Assembly (NCBI GenBank): GCA_051294375.1
Contig: JBJCIZ010000880.1
Coordinates: 1-30,792 of the forward strand
Source: Paraspadella gotoi
Lineage: Eukaryota; Animalia; Chaetognatha
Direction of reading: 5' to 3'
Length of the DNA stretch: 30,792 nucleotides
Shown here: positions 8,474 to 21,644 of the stretch, piece by piece
How the letters are laid out: every line of letters starts with the position of its first letter
Numbering within the stretch: position 1 is the first letter of the stretch
Made by a program: the position numbers and the translations under genes
Notes under the pieces: model-generated
Databases searched by the model: none
What the model was told of the DNA's origin: nothing
What the model saw: the letters and a program-made list of their open reading frames with translations, nothing else

Positions 8474-11400
8474 GCTGGAGAATATTACTAAACTACAATA
8501 CCCTTTTAGCTCTAACCTGCCTAAACGTGGGGCATCCTTCTGTACTGGCACCCCTCTAAATCCGAAATCTTAACCTTCCGCGCCAACACTCTGCCTCCTC
8601 AACCTTTAACTCTTGAGTTATGCAGTGGTTCCAGTACAGGCTGGAGAATAAGCTTATCTGTGTCAAGGACCAATACGGAGTCTACCGTACATCGGCTACT
8701 TTGTATTAATCAAACGGCTTACCTTAACGTGGAGCTCTTCTCACTTTCCGTCTATCCCGCCAATGTCCCGAAGCCATCCTTTTTGGTAGGGCAACTCCCG
8801 AAGATTCAATCGCCCAATCTCCTTCCCAACCTTATTACCGCAAGCTATGTTGTTACTTTCCTGCTGAACCATTACACCCAACAACGGATCATCCTTGATC
8901 CCAAATCATCTCTACATCGAGTTTACTCGTGTAAGCGAAGATTAATCCATTCCGTTGTGCGCACGATAGAGCAAACTCCATCCTTACGGACTTCTCACCG
9001 CCGCTACCCTTTGCCTCCTGGCTTTCCATGCCAGGACTATTGACAGGACCGTTAGCACGCCCCGTCCATCCACCTACCCTTAGTAGATCTTGGACCTCCT
9101 CCGCCAGCACAATTCCCTACTCTCAGCCCTGAGGTCACACCTCTGAGCCTCAACTGATTGCATCCTGCCCATCCTGGTCAATGAAGGCTAAATTTTATCT
9201 TAATCCTCCCCAGTAGACTCCCTAACCTAACCCAAAGCTCCTGTGCGGCTTTTCTGAGCCGGTCCAAAGGTGTGCAAGCCTAGGATCATGGCACCTGGCA
9301 AATGGATAATTTGCACTAATATAGCTATGATACTAGGGACATTAAGATATAGGTTTTTGAGGGCTTGCAAATTTTGAAACATAAAGAAGCCTGGGCTAAA
9401 GAAGTCTCTTAGTGTTGCGGGGGAAGATGAGTTCAATACAGTGCCATTTGCGAGCCCTCATGTAAAGAGAGTAAGGTTGGCCGAGGGAAACTTGGTGGGG
9501 AAAAGGTGTAGGCCTATGGCCTTCTGACACAGCAAGAACAAGGCCGCTTACAAAAGCGCGCCGCCCTACACAATATTCCCCTGAAATTTATTTCACATTT
9601 CTGCTTAATTCGCATCATTTGGACAAAACATAGTTTCTTACTAAAAGGCAGCAATCATAATCTTTAGGCGTTAAGGACTGCTAAATATTTTTTGAAAAAA
9701 TCCCTTTATTGAGTTTTTATTTTGTATGAAAGTCCCGATAATATCTATCTCTCTCTCTCTTTTTTAATTATTAAATCTGTATTATTTTATCATTTAGAAA
9801 TTTTATATAGAGTAAAAATTCGTTTGGATCAGGGATTGATTCTGGTTGTCTTATATAATATCTATTCTCTTCTCATCATTATTCATCCTTTTCTACATTC
9901 TTTAAAGTTTTTCTCTCTGTCAATACTTAAGTAATTTAAAGAGGTTTATATCAACACTTTGATTTTTTTCATTATTCTTTAACGAAACAATTCTCAAAGA
10001 AAAATGTCCAGATATATACTAATGTTAGTTTATTTTTATCATTAAAACTTTTAGGTCTTCTAGCATTATAATACTCTTATTACGAATGACGCTGAATTAT
10101 CACAGTGACACTCATATTCTTTTCCAAAAAATTCTGTGATATTTTATATTAAAAACCGGAAGTTGTAATTGATCGAACGCAACAAACTGGCCGTGGAATT
10201 AAATTCACCCCGAACTCAATGCAATAGCATTTCTACGTCTGGGTTTACAATAGTTCTTTTTATTAATAGTGATTTGAATTTTCTGTTATTATCCTTTCTT
10301 GCCACCTAAAAATTGTTCAGGACTCACACAAGACATCTTTGCAGGTCTCTCATGTATCTATGGGCGGGATTTAACGTACCATATTCAAGATAAGTAAGAA
10401 CAATGTGCGGTTTTGTATACTTATTTCTTTTCTAGGAAGACTACATTAGTTAAGATACGCATTCTCTACTCCGTTCCACTTCTGGTGCGGTTGGTGTTTT
10501 GCGGTTCTACCTAAAGAGTGGGCTTATTGGCTGTCCTTTCGTTCTCGTTTCCTCCACATGCTTCTGTATTTGATATTAGATATTATCGAGAAAAGGAAAG
10601 AGAGAGAGGTAAACGTCGGCTACTTTAAACAATGTGTTTTTCTGGGTGTGTATTAAATTTTTTCTTCTCGATGTCATGACGCGCAAACAGCTAATTGACC
10701 ATTTTCCCAGGTTTAGTTCGCTTTATATATTAGATGCCTCTCTCGTTTGATTTGTGGGAAAGTGAAAACTTGAAGGAATACTCTATATATCTTTTTTAAA
10801 ACTTTCAGACATTGAAATTTTTCTTATAATATGATTCCCATGTCTCCTCACTCAACGGAGTCTATGGCTTGTGAAGGGCTCCAGCAGCAATGTGGTACTT
10901 TTACAGATAGACCCTCTCCTCGTGACAGCGCCTTTCAACTTAGTTCAACTCGGTGTGACTCTTCTCACACTGGGCGGCTTGTTCGTGCCCAATACGAAAC
11001 GGCTGGGCAGGAGGAGCTGGCAAGAGAAGTCTTGTAAATCTTCACTGCGAGCCCACTACGCATGACCAGTAACTGACGCATACTTCTAAGCCTCTGCGCC
11101 TCCGTCGGTTCAGGCGAGAGGAGGCTTTCGCCAGGGCTCTTACCAGCGAGGCCTACTATGGAGACTCATTTAGGCTAAGCTGCTGCACTTGTGGCATAGT
11201 CCTCTCTCAGGCCGGCGCTCCTCCGCTGTGGGTTGTCTGTGCTCTACCTGTCGTGGCGGCTGGCGGGTATCGGGTCTACTGCGTGGCGTGCGCCAGTTCT
11301 TGGCGTCTGGTCAGTTGTGCTGGGATGCAGCGCGGTCTCGTTCAAGTGGGAATGGAGTATTGAAAGTGAGCCTTGCGTAGAAGAGGAGGTGTGGATTAGT

Positions 11401-14370
11401 GTGGTCTGTGTTTTGTAGTCTTGTGTGTGGATATGGATTTGCGACGTTGATATATTTAGGTCAACATTTAAGGCACTTGCCTTCAAGGCAATGTTTCTCA
11501 TACTCTCAGCCAGATCCCTGAGACAATTGGGGTACGTGTCCATCTCAATATTACCTCTCAACCCTATAGACAAAGTCAATGACCCGATCAGATTCGTCAA
11601 CGCTCTGCTTCGCCCAGCCGGGGGGGGGCTACAAGGCTCATCTCTTAGGAGCCACCTCTCATCTCTAATTTCTCCCCCCCCTCTTGTATATCCTTTTTAC
11701 GTCCTCTATCCACTATATACTCACCTTACTCTCTCATTCTCTCCACCTTCAAACCCTAAATATTATATCATCTCTCTAAAATTATATTAACCTATGTCTG
11801 TTCAACTCCTTAATCCACTTTTGTACTACTTTCATACTCTTAATCTGTTACTCTTATTCTATGATTTCGTTCTACTTAATACAAAATTATATACATCGTG
11901 TTGTGGTTCTCTCCCTCTGGGATCCTACATACATCTAGTACTCTTCTCCCTTACATTCTTTTTGTTTGATCAACTCCACTCTCTCTCTCTGTCTTCTCTC
12001 TTCCCTTCTATACCTCTACCTCTGTACCTCAATCTCGTCTCTCTGTCTCTTTTACACTCTTGTGTTGTTTAAGCATTGTGTGATGTATATATTTCTCTAC
12101 TTATTGCTGTGTCCTCATCTCTCTCTCTCGTATCTCTGGAACAAAGAGTCCGTCTCTTATATCCTATCCTCTTCAAAAACTCTCAATGTAGTTCGTCAGT
12201 AACTTAGTTAATAAAAACAAAAATCGGCTGTACTGAAGCTTAAAAGGCAAGTGATGCACGAAACATAGTTCACAATGAATAAAATCGTTGATTACAAACA
12301 AACACTATCTTCTCGGTTTTCTCTAAACATATTTACATGTACATATTAATCTGTCCCGTATCGATAGTCCCTGATTCGCTGGTGAATTGGTAATGTTATT
12401 TTATTGCTGCGACTGATACCTTTATACGTCTGGAGTTGATAACATCGTAAATAAACTCCTCGCTCTCCTCCGCTCTTGAATCTTAGATACGAGTGATTGT
12501 CGCGTAATGATGTCTGCTGTGGTGTCTATCTCGTCTATTATACCTTTCCTCTTTATTGACTTTGTGATATCAGAGAGAAGTGTTATAGCGTAATCAAATC
12601 GTGCGAGACTCAACCAGTATATGTAGTGACATAAATACAGTTATAATAGCCTAACGTTATAACAGCAGATAGATACGTTAATGATGAAGGTTGTGAGAAG
12701 ATGACTGTTAAAATAGAGTTGATATGAAGTTATTGTAAAAAAAAAAGTTAGCTATATTGTTTACTCTTAAATGTACCAAGTAAATATATGTAGAGATGAA
12801 ATGCAGGACGAATTTCAGGTTAAAGTCTAAAAACTACGTCTTGAGCAAAGCCGAATCTTGTCTCGTTCGGAGTCAAATACGCGAAGCCTACAATCACGTG
12901 ACCAAAAAAAAAAAAGATGCAATCTGATAAGACATTGTTGCAGACGCCTGAACACGGCAAACGCGAACTATGATGTGCAAGACATTGATGAAGAAATGAT
13001 TGCAAATTAATAGATTACATCAGATTACTCAGAATAAAAAGTTGAAAAAAATTGAATGCAAATATTTAAAAATTAAATGCAATTTATCGTGAATAATATT
13101 GAAATAGCGAAGTTTAATAAACATAATATAAGTAGCAAGTAATTTGTGTGTATTTATAATTATATTACTGTTCATATTGTTATTACCAACATAAAGTTGC
13201 CATAGATGCGATTTTTACTAAAATGCATCATGGTTTTTAGCACTATAAGTTATTAGAGCAAACAGCAACTGGAGTGTTTGCATGAGCCTGTTTAGGTCGG
13301 TGGTTCATCATTCACCTCGACGTGAGCCTCATGCGGTGCATCTCATCGCTGTTGCCTTATGCCCGAGATGCGGGCATTGGCTCTCCAGGGGACACACCAC
13401 TCTCCACCGCGGAGCCCTTAGTGCTCTTTCATGCCTTACAGTCCCATACAGCGCACCCCTTCCCTCTTGCTCGTTGGCATAGCGCCGCGTTCTCTACACT
13501 GAGCGGGTAACGGCAGCCAGTTTACTGCGCCCACGCCAGCCGTCACGTTACCCTCTGGAGAGGTCGGAAGCCCCCAAAGCCAACAGTGTACGAGGGTGCG
13601 CCCCCATGCTCCTCCAGCTCGACGCCTCTGCCACGCTGCAACGCAAGAGACTTGTAGGCCTGTACCTAGGTATAACAAATTGCTGACAAAGTTGAAAAAA
13701 TGATGCAAGTGGAAAAAATGATAATAATTAAAAAAAATTTTGTACTTATTTAGTAATTATTTTTATTTGTTTCTCCTATGTTATTTATTTAGCCGATTAC
13801 CGACTTTAATTATCCGTGGGCAGATCCGACATTGTTTGCTCAAACTTATTTAATTTACCTAATTTTTATTCATATTTATTAATAAATATACGCTTTACCT
13901 TTTCTATAAAATATAAAATTTATAAATAGCAAAATATTTTTTTTTCTTTATTCACTTTGTCGGTCGTCCGGTCCGTCCCCTCAATTTATTGGGCATTATT
14001 TATATCATATCCAGAAACAATGAATTCTTCGTATATTACGCAGATTCGAAAAACGAAGTTTTTAATATTTTACAACCGATTTTATATACAAATTATTGAA
14101 CATGTTTCGACTCTTGTCACTATCAGCATTTGCATTTAAATTTTCACATTTATAAAGTTTGAGGAGAGAGGAGAGTAAGAGAGCAGAGAGACGAGATGCG
14201 AGAGAGGAGTTTCCAACAAAGATGAGACAGGACATGTGTCAGATTTTAGACAGATGTGAAGGTAAAGCAGGAATAATAGCGCTGAAATGAGTTAATTTTG
14301 TAAATTGGTGATAAATGAGAGAGAAAGAGAAAGTGAGGAGAAGAGATAGAGGCAAGTGAGAGAGGGAGGG
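8474..14370 (+). repeat. Second copy (B) of the locus, equivalent to ~1817-3157 plus 5787-8473; very noisy up to ~13690
   Basis: Same order of landmarks: telomere-like core, right foldback arm (~9330-10450), PLE1 (~10825-12330, corrupted ribozyme 12228-12272), minisatellite with GC insert, DINE-like fragment, PLE2. Confidence 0.85.
14089..14132 (-). ncRNA. Copy of the PLE2 hammerhead, core corrupted
   Basis: Plus strand GAACATGTTTCGACTCTTGTCACTATCAGCATTTG; same context as 8210-8253 with indels in CTGATGA. Confidence 0.5.
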
Positions 14371-14552
14371 AGATTGTGGAAGATTCCTTGGGGGTCGTTT
14401 CTCAGTTTTCAGAATGTAGACATTGTTTGAGCAGTGCTTAATCTCGACTTAATATTAACTCAATCCATATATATCAAAAGATAAAAATAAAAATAATAAC
14501 TTTATTAAGCTTTCACATATCCAATATATATTGAAAGACGTGCATCAGATGA

Positions 14553-14685
14553 CAGAGCCAAAATGCAGCGCAGCAGTAGAGCCGATACGCAGCAAACAGT
14601 AGCAGCAGAACCAAGATTGCAGCAACAGTAGCAGCAGGCCGAGACGGAGCAACAGTAGCAGCAGAGCCGATACGCAGCAAACACT
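14553..14685. repeat. ~28-bp GCA-rich minisatellite, about 4 units (also ~16050-16170 and ~19190-19330)
   Basis: Consensus approximately GCAACAGTAGCAGCAGAGCCGA(G/T)ACGCA. Confidence 0.8.
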
Positions 14686-15167
14686 CAAAGCTACATAAAG
14701 CTTAAAATTATAATTAACATATTCAAGTTATTTCACACAATATCATTTAATACTGATGGTCTCAGAGGAATCTCCCAAAAATTAAGAATTTTACTCTCCT
14801 TTTATATACAATAGACAACATTATAACAACCACTAAGGGGATCTCATCTTTAGAATAGATCAAAACATCTACTAGTTCTTACCTACAATGAGAGACCAGA
14901 TATTCAAATTCCAAGGTATAAAATTCAACCAATTAGAGGACTTTAAACAGAACTATTGGAGTATGTCATTCAATTAAACTTTAAATTCAGATATTTGAGC
15001 CATTTTAATAAATAAAAAGGTCAGGGCTCAATTCAGATAAAATCATTATAAACTCCTTTAACAGAGAGGATACGTGAGAAAGAGATGACGAGAAAAAACA
15101 AATTGTTTTTTATATAATAATAACATATATAATTGACTAAATTTCAAAAATCGCTCTTTTTGATATA

Positions 15168-15637
15168 ATTTATCGGATTTCGGCCATAGGCTTCATTGTG
15201 CAGAGCATAGAACCTTTCAACAGTTCCTCGTTACTCTCTTGTTCCAATGGCATGTTCGCATTTATAAACCACATCTCTCGCTCTCCCTCCACCGCTTTTC
15301 TATTGAATGGAGATCCCAGCCAAGAAAGTGGCGCACTCTTTCAAGCGTGCGCATCTGGTTTCCAACATAATCTTCCAGCGAAATAATGAGTATTTGATTA
15401 CGAGGAAATTGATTTCGAGCCAATCGCGAATGAATACGTGATAAATGCGAGTTCGAAACCGACTGACAGATTATTTGCTCCCCACGGGCGCGCTGAGTTA
15501 AGCTAGGTGCCTCAGCATATTTGGCAATTTTTCAAATCACTCAATTCCAGCTGAAAATGAAATGGTGAAAGTGCATGCATTTTTTGTATTTTCGATGTGA
15601 TATTGGAAAGTATTTATTGGCTGAGTTCATACGGGCG
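15168..15637 (-). pseudogene. C-terminal part of a carbohydrate sulfotransferase (CHST15/GalNAc4S-6ST-like); frameshifted copy
   Basis: Frame-hopping translation VARMNSANKYF...HVFIRDWL..(F)PRNQILIISLEDYVGNQMRTLERVRHFLG...EELLK.FYALHNEA matches the family pattern VERLYSDYLYF...GLYAVYLLDWLSVF..QFLILRLED..M.KVFQFL...ILRDFYRPFN..LA. The frameshifts may be sequencing errors. Confidence 0.75.
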
Positions 15638-15865
15638 ACGCGCCAACGGTTGCCTCAGATCTCCAGGAAAAAATAAATTTCAAAATCGAGCGAAAAAAGT
15701 CATGTCATCGATTTCGATTTTGATAGGTTAACTGATAAGTAGATGGTCCTTCGCGTCTCCAGAAAAGAACGCCTAAAACTCGTAACCTTCTTTCTTTTCT
15801 TTTGACTTTTTTTTTACTCCTCTAAAATAAATTCCCTTTCNNNNNNNNNNNNNNNNNNNNNNNNN

Positions 15866-16515
15866 GAGGGAGATTGTGGAAGATTCCTTGGGGGCGCTTT
15901 CTCAGTTTTCAGAATAGAACATTGTTTTGAGCAGTGCTTAATCTCGACATTAATATTAACTCAATCCAATATATCAAAAGAAAAAATAAAATATAACTTT
16001 ATTAAGCTATTCCATATCCAATATCATTGAAAGACGTGCATCAGAATGACAGAGCCAAAATGCAGCACAGCAGTAGAGCCGGAACAGTAGCAGCAAACCA
16101 GTGCAGCTAACAGTAGCAGCAGACCGAGACGCAGAGCCAGTAGCAGCAGAGCCGATACGCAGCAACAGCTCAAAGCTACATAAAAGCTTAAAATTAATTA
16201 ACATATTCAAGTTATTTCACAATATCATTTAATAACTTGAGGTCTCAGAGAATCTCCCAAAAATAAGAATTTTACTTCTCTTTTATATACAAGGACAACA
16301 TTATAACAACCAATAAGAAATTCACATTTTAAGAATAAGATCAAAACATCTACTAGTTATTACTACCAATGAGAGACCGATATTCAATTCAAGGTATAAA
16401 ATTCAACCAATAGAGTTTTTATTTGGCCAACTGCCATTTTCTTATACTATGGTTAGTTGCATAAAATGATACAGCGTTCGAAAGCTGATTGTCTCCCCTT
16501 GAATATGTGCATATT
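15866..16515 (+). repeat. Duplicate of 14366-~14935 joined directly to a duplicate of ~20530-20630
   Basis: Starts GAGGGAGATTGTGGAAGATTCC as at 14366; after CAACCAATAGAG it jumps to TTGGCCAACTGCCATTTTC, skipping the sulfotransferase segment. Confidence 0.85.
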
Positions 16516-18690
16516 GCATGAGCCTGTGGCGGTAAACGCCCCTCTATTCTGGCTTAATTTAAGCTTATATACTGGCTGAATTACAGCTCATATTTTTCCA
16601 AAAATTCGAATTTTTTAAATACTGCGAAGTTCGTGGTACGACGCAAAAACTGGCGTGGCAAAATCCACTAGAGCATTCACGGATATTTTTTATTGATGAT
16701 ATTCGCTTTCTCCACTAAATTTTGGCCACAAGAAACTTTTGCAGGTATCAGGGAACTTTTCAATAAATGCCATTGGGTATCTTCTGAGGAGCTCTATAAA
16801 TCGCATTGCCCACTGCCGGCGCGGGCTGTTTGTTTGGGCGGGCTCCTATAAGAGCGTTTTGGCCTGGTTGTTCCATTTCTCCACCTTTTGTTCTTCATTT
16901 TGTTTTTTGCGAGAAAAAGACGGTCTCCCGCAATAATGTTTTTTTAATCTTCTGAAGTAAACGCGAAAACATAATTGATTTTCCTTGTCGTGCTTATCTA
17001 AAGCTATTCACGTCATTTTGGGAAATAGAATCTCAATCTTTTTTTAAAACTTCGACACTGAAATTCTAAATTTCCGGCTTTCGTAGCCCGGTCGCTGAGT
17101 GAAATTTAATGCGTAGTTTTTTTGCTTTGCGACATTCCTTTAACGTTTTCTGCGCGCAGAATAACATCGCAATATAAGCTATCTAGTCATGTTCCCGACT
17201 CCTTTGGTCATTTTAGTAATCCTGCTCTGGACATAGGTGCCGCGACGTAATTTCAGTCGTCAGGCCCGAATATATTCGCGTTCGCTGTATATTCCGATTT
17301 TTTTTATTCTTTATTTTATTCTTTTATAGAATACAGAGCGAATTCTTGCCGTATTCCTCGTTGGGCTCACCAGTTACTGTAGCTGCGTACATACGATAAC
17401 AACGATGTATTAACAATACAGCATAACCCAGATAGAGACTCGTTAATGATTGGAAGGTTGTCTGAGAATGAGGGCACTTGAATGACGAGCCAGGAGAGCG
17501 AGCACATGAACCAAGTAAAAGAGAGAGACGAGGACGTGAGCAGATCCTGCTTCAGCTAACCGGCTGTTCTCTCGCGACCCTTACAACTAGTGACCCACAT
17601 TTGCGGTCAAATACCCCGTGCCTGGTAGCCGAAACCTTCCATCGCCATTACACTTTGAAAAAATGCATGCCAGGTTAAAAAAAAAGATGCAAACTTGAAA
17701 GAGTTGTTTGCAAGCTTGAAGAAGAATCGATGACAGTTTGAATAAATAGTAATGCAAATTGGAAAAAAATTATGAAAGTTGAAAAACATGATGCAATATT
17801 AATAAATAATGCAATTTTGAAAAAAATGAGTCGGGAGTTCAAAAAATGGATATATGCAAGTTGAAAAATGACAAGCATAATTGAAAAAATGATCTAGATT
17901 TAGAAAATGAAATGCAGTGTAAGGTAAAAATGATTGCATATGATGTGGCGGGTTATATTCACAACTGCTCACGTCCACCATCCGTCAGCCAATCCATTGG
18001 GCTCAAGGGGGAACCACCATCCCACGGCATAGGTTGTTTATTCCAGTAGCAGTCCTAACGACTTCCGCTCTGCGTGGCAAAGCGGAGACCGTCCGCAATG
18101 GTAACGGCGCCAGTTTATTCTAAGCGTCACTGAGTGGTCGGTAAAGCCCCAAAGACCAACAGTGAGATGCGCCCATCCCCAGTCGGCAGGCATCCACAGG
18201 CAACCCCGGCTGTTGCCCTTACAGTTAAAAAATGATTGCAAAGTTGCAAATAAATGATGCAAGTGGAAAAATGGATAATTACATTTTAATACAAAAATCT
18301 TTGTACTTTTATTGTAATTATTTTTATTATAGTGTTCTTATTTGTTATTTATTTAGCGTATTAGGCCAGCTTAATTATCCGCTGGCGCAGATCCGACATT
18401 GTTTGCTACAAAACTTAATTTAACTTTTAGACCCTAATTTTTATTCATATTTATTAAAAGTATTTAGCGCTTACTTTTTATAAGAATATAAAATTTTTAA
18501 ATAGAACTTAGCAAATATATTATTTTTCTAAATTTTCACTTTTGTCGCTGTCCGTCTGCGTGGCCCCTCAATGATTAATTGGGCATATTATATTTATCGT
18601 ATCATATCACAGAACAATGGAAGTTCCTTTAAATTATGCGAGATCGAAAAAGGAAAGTTCTTTAAATATTTTTAACAAACGATTTTATTA

Positions 18691-18735
18691 CAAATTATTG
18701 AACATGTTTCGACTCTTGTCCTCATCAGATATTGA
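18691..18735 (-). ncRNA. Copy of the PLE2 hammerhead ribozyme
   Basis: Minus strand CTGATGAG-GAC-AAGA-GTC-GAAACATGTTC, core identical to that at 8219-8247. Confidence 0.8.
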
Positions 18736-19824
18736 CAGTTAATTAATTTTCGACATTTATAAAGTTGAGGAGAGAGCAGAGTAAGAGAGCAGAGAGATGA
18801 GAGCAAGAGAGAGAGTTTCACATAAGAATGACACGAATAGCGGACAGTGCGTCAGATTTATGACAGGGTGAAGTGTAGGAAGGGGAAAAAGGGGCGGAAA
18901 TGAGTTAATTTCATTTGTGGAAAAATGGTTGTGAAAATGCAGAAGAAGAAAGCAGAAATGTGATGAGGGAGAAAGATGATAGATGGAGGAGGGAGGGGAG
19001 ATTGTGGAAGATTCCTGTATGGGGGGCTTTACTCAAGTTTCAGAATGAGAACATTGTTTTGAGCAGTGGCTATATCTCGACTTAATTATATACTCAATCC
19101 ATATATCAAAAGATAAAAATAAAATAATAACTTTATTTAAGTATTCAATATCCACATATCATTTAGAAAGACGTGCATCAGAATGACAGAGCCAAAATGC
19201 AGCACGCAGCAGTAGAAGCCGATAGCGCAAGCTAACAGTAGCAGCAGAACCGAGAGGTCAGCAACAGTAGCAGCAGAGCCGAGACGCTAGAGCAACAGTA
19301 GCAGCAGAGGCCGATACGCCAGCAACAGCTCAAAGCTACATAAAAGCTTAAAATTAATTAACATATTCAAGTTATTTCACAAATATCATTTAATACCTGA
19401 TGGTCTCAGAGGAATCTCCCCAAAAATTAAGAATTTACTCTCCTTCTTATATACAAGGACAACTATTATAACAACCAATAAGAGGAGAATTCACATTTTA
19501 AGAATAAGATCAAAACATCTACTAGTTATTACTAACCAATGAGAGACCAGATATTTCAAATTCAAGGTATAAAATTCAACCAATTTTAGAGACTTTAAAA
19601 CAGAACTATTGGATAGTCATTCATATTAAACTTTAAATTCAGATATTTGAGCCATTAAAAATAAAAGGTCAGGGCTCAATTCAGATAAAAATCATTATAA
19701 ACTCTTTAACAGAGAGAGGATAGTGAGAAGAGCAGAGAGCAAAAAACAAATTGTTTATTTATTTATATAATAATAAATAACTATAATAGACTTAAATTTC
19801 AAAAATCGCCAAATTTTTTAAATT

Positions 19825-20316
19825 TTAAATATCGGATTTGGCTAAGGCTTCATTGTGCAGGAGCATAGAACCTTTTCAACAGTTTCCTCGGTTACTCTCT
19901 TCATGTACCAATGGCATGTTCGAGATTTTATAAACACAGCTTTGCCTCTCCACCGCTTTTCTATTGAATGGAGATCCCAGGTCGCAGAAAGTGGCGCCAG
20001 CTACCTTTCAAGCGCTGCCATCTGGTTTCCAACATAATCTTCAGACGAAATAATGAGTATTTGATTAGCGAGGAAATGTGATGAGCCAATCATCGCGACA
20101 ATGAATACGTGATAAATGCCGAGTTCGAACCCGACTGACAGATATTTGCTCCCCACGGGGCGCTGAGTTAAGCCAGGTGCTCGGACATATTTAGGCCAAT
20201 TTTCAAATCACTCAATTCCAGCCTGCAATGAAATGGTGAAAGTGCAGCACGGATTTTTTGTATTTTCGAATGGTTGATATTGGAAAGTATTTATTGGCTG
20301 AGTACATACGGGCGAC
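19825..20316 (-). pseudogene. Second copy of the CHST15-like sulfotransferase C-terminal segment
   Basis: Translates in pieces as RMYSANKYF, ELGIYHVFI, EDYVGNQM, LLKRFYA, HNEALAKSDI*. Its indels differ from those in 15168-15637. Confidence 0.75.
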
Positions 20317-20931
20317 GCGCCAGCGGTGTGCCTCAGATCTCCAGGGAAAAAATAAATTTCAAAATCGAGTAGCGAAAAAATAGTCATGTCATCGATTTTC
20401 GATTTTGATAGGTTAACTGATATAGTTAGATTGCGTCTTGACGGGCTTTTGACCAGAAAAGAAGCGCTAAAACTCGTAAACCTTTCTTTCTTTTCTTTTG
20501 ACTTTTTTTTTACTCCTCTAAAATAAATTCTTTTTTTATCTTGGCCAACTGCCATTTTCTTATACTTATGGTTAGTTGCATAAAATGATACAGCGTTCGA
20601 AAGCTGATTGCTCTCCCTTGAATATGCTGCAATAAGGACAAATGTTATTTTTTCATATGTATAAAGTGAATTTTTNNNNNNNNNNNNNNNNNNNNNNNNN
20701 TTCTTAACATACTTCATGTATTTTACATTTAAAAATTTTAAAAAAACATTTTTTTAACTTTATGTCACCCGTTTAACCAGGTTTATCACTGCTGGTAATA
20801 TCTATAGGTTTTATTAGATAAAGGAAGGTTTACTCAGTCTGTGTTTGATGCGATTCATTGCGATTTTTAAAATTAAGAGAGAATTTGATTTTTCAAATCA
20901 GGTATTCAACCACAGACATTTGCGTAAAATA

Positions 20932-21386
20932 CATGGTGACAATTTTACAAGCGCCGATAAAAAAATGCTCTCATTTGCAAACCAGTAGTTAGTTCATTGA
21001 TTTTAATAATTAGTCGAGTAGAAAATATTAAAGTTTCAAATTTTATATTGATCAGTTAAGATATGTCTTGAAAATGAGTGGAGAAAGTTGGCTTGTAAAA
21101 TCGGGTTTCATTTTCCAATTCACTTTTTTTAGATTCAATTTTTTTCTCTGAAGAAATTTGAAATAAAATAATATTAATATTATTATCTTCTGAAAGCCCT
21201 TTCAAATCTAAAGAGAATGACATACAAATACTGTAGTATAAAATTTAACCTGCCCAGCTTTAATTTAAAAATCAATAGCTGGAGGGTAAATTTAAGATTT
21301 TTATCAAATTGTGATTAGCTATCTTAAATCTTTTTTTTTCAGGCTCTTTCATGATATAATAATATTTTATGTTATAATAATTTAAA
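20932..21386. mobile_element. Partial MITE, inverted homologue of 24675-25199
   Basis: Begins TA|CATGGTGACAATTTTACAAGCGCCG, the reverse complement of the 25175-25199|TA end; colinear similarity over ~450 bp. Confidence 0.75.
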
Positions 21387-21586
21387 CAGTGTGGAAGACG
21401 ATGCCACAAGCAGTTCACCGTCCGTTGCACACAAGGTCCCGAACTTTGGATCGGGCTGTAGTCCACTACAGGTGGGTTAGACGCCCCGTCCCGCTTTTAC
21501 TTGTGTGAATCAGCAGGGCGCAAACCCGAGTCCTTTGGGTTGGGAAAAGCTCATGCTACCTCCGGCGCCATAGGTGCTGCTGATTC
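21387..21586 (-). mobile_element. Probable tRNA-derived SINE
   Basis: Minus strand has an A-box-like TGGCGCCGGAGG and a degenerate B-box/T-arm CGGGTTTGCGCCCTG at tRNA spacing, then a GC-rich body; truncates the MITE. Confidence 0.45.
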
Positions 21587-21644
21587 TTGGACGAGTCGCG
21601 GGGTATGAAATATTACCACTAAAACAGGTTATATATTTTAAAAA

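Larger units (their letters stand above)
16550..20530 (+). repeat. Third copy (C) of the locus, lacking PLE1
   Basis: Colinear with 2718-3157, 6812-8473 and 14370-15840; continuous CGACACTGAAATTCTAAATTTCC at 17053-17075 is the empty PLE1 site. Confidence 0.9.

Noticed and set aside
8660-13708. Numerous 60-127-aa ORFs in copy B
   Set aside because: They fall in an indel-saturated duplicate and are not preserved in the cleaner copies.
20208-20717. 169-aa minus-strand ORF
   Set aside because: Spans an N gap, is out of frame with the sulfotransferase motif, and its upstream part looks like non-coding repeat sequence.
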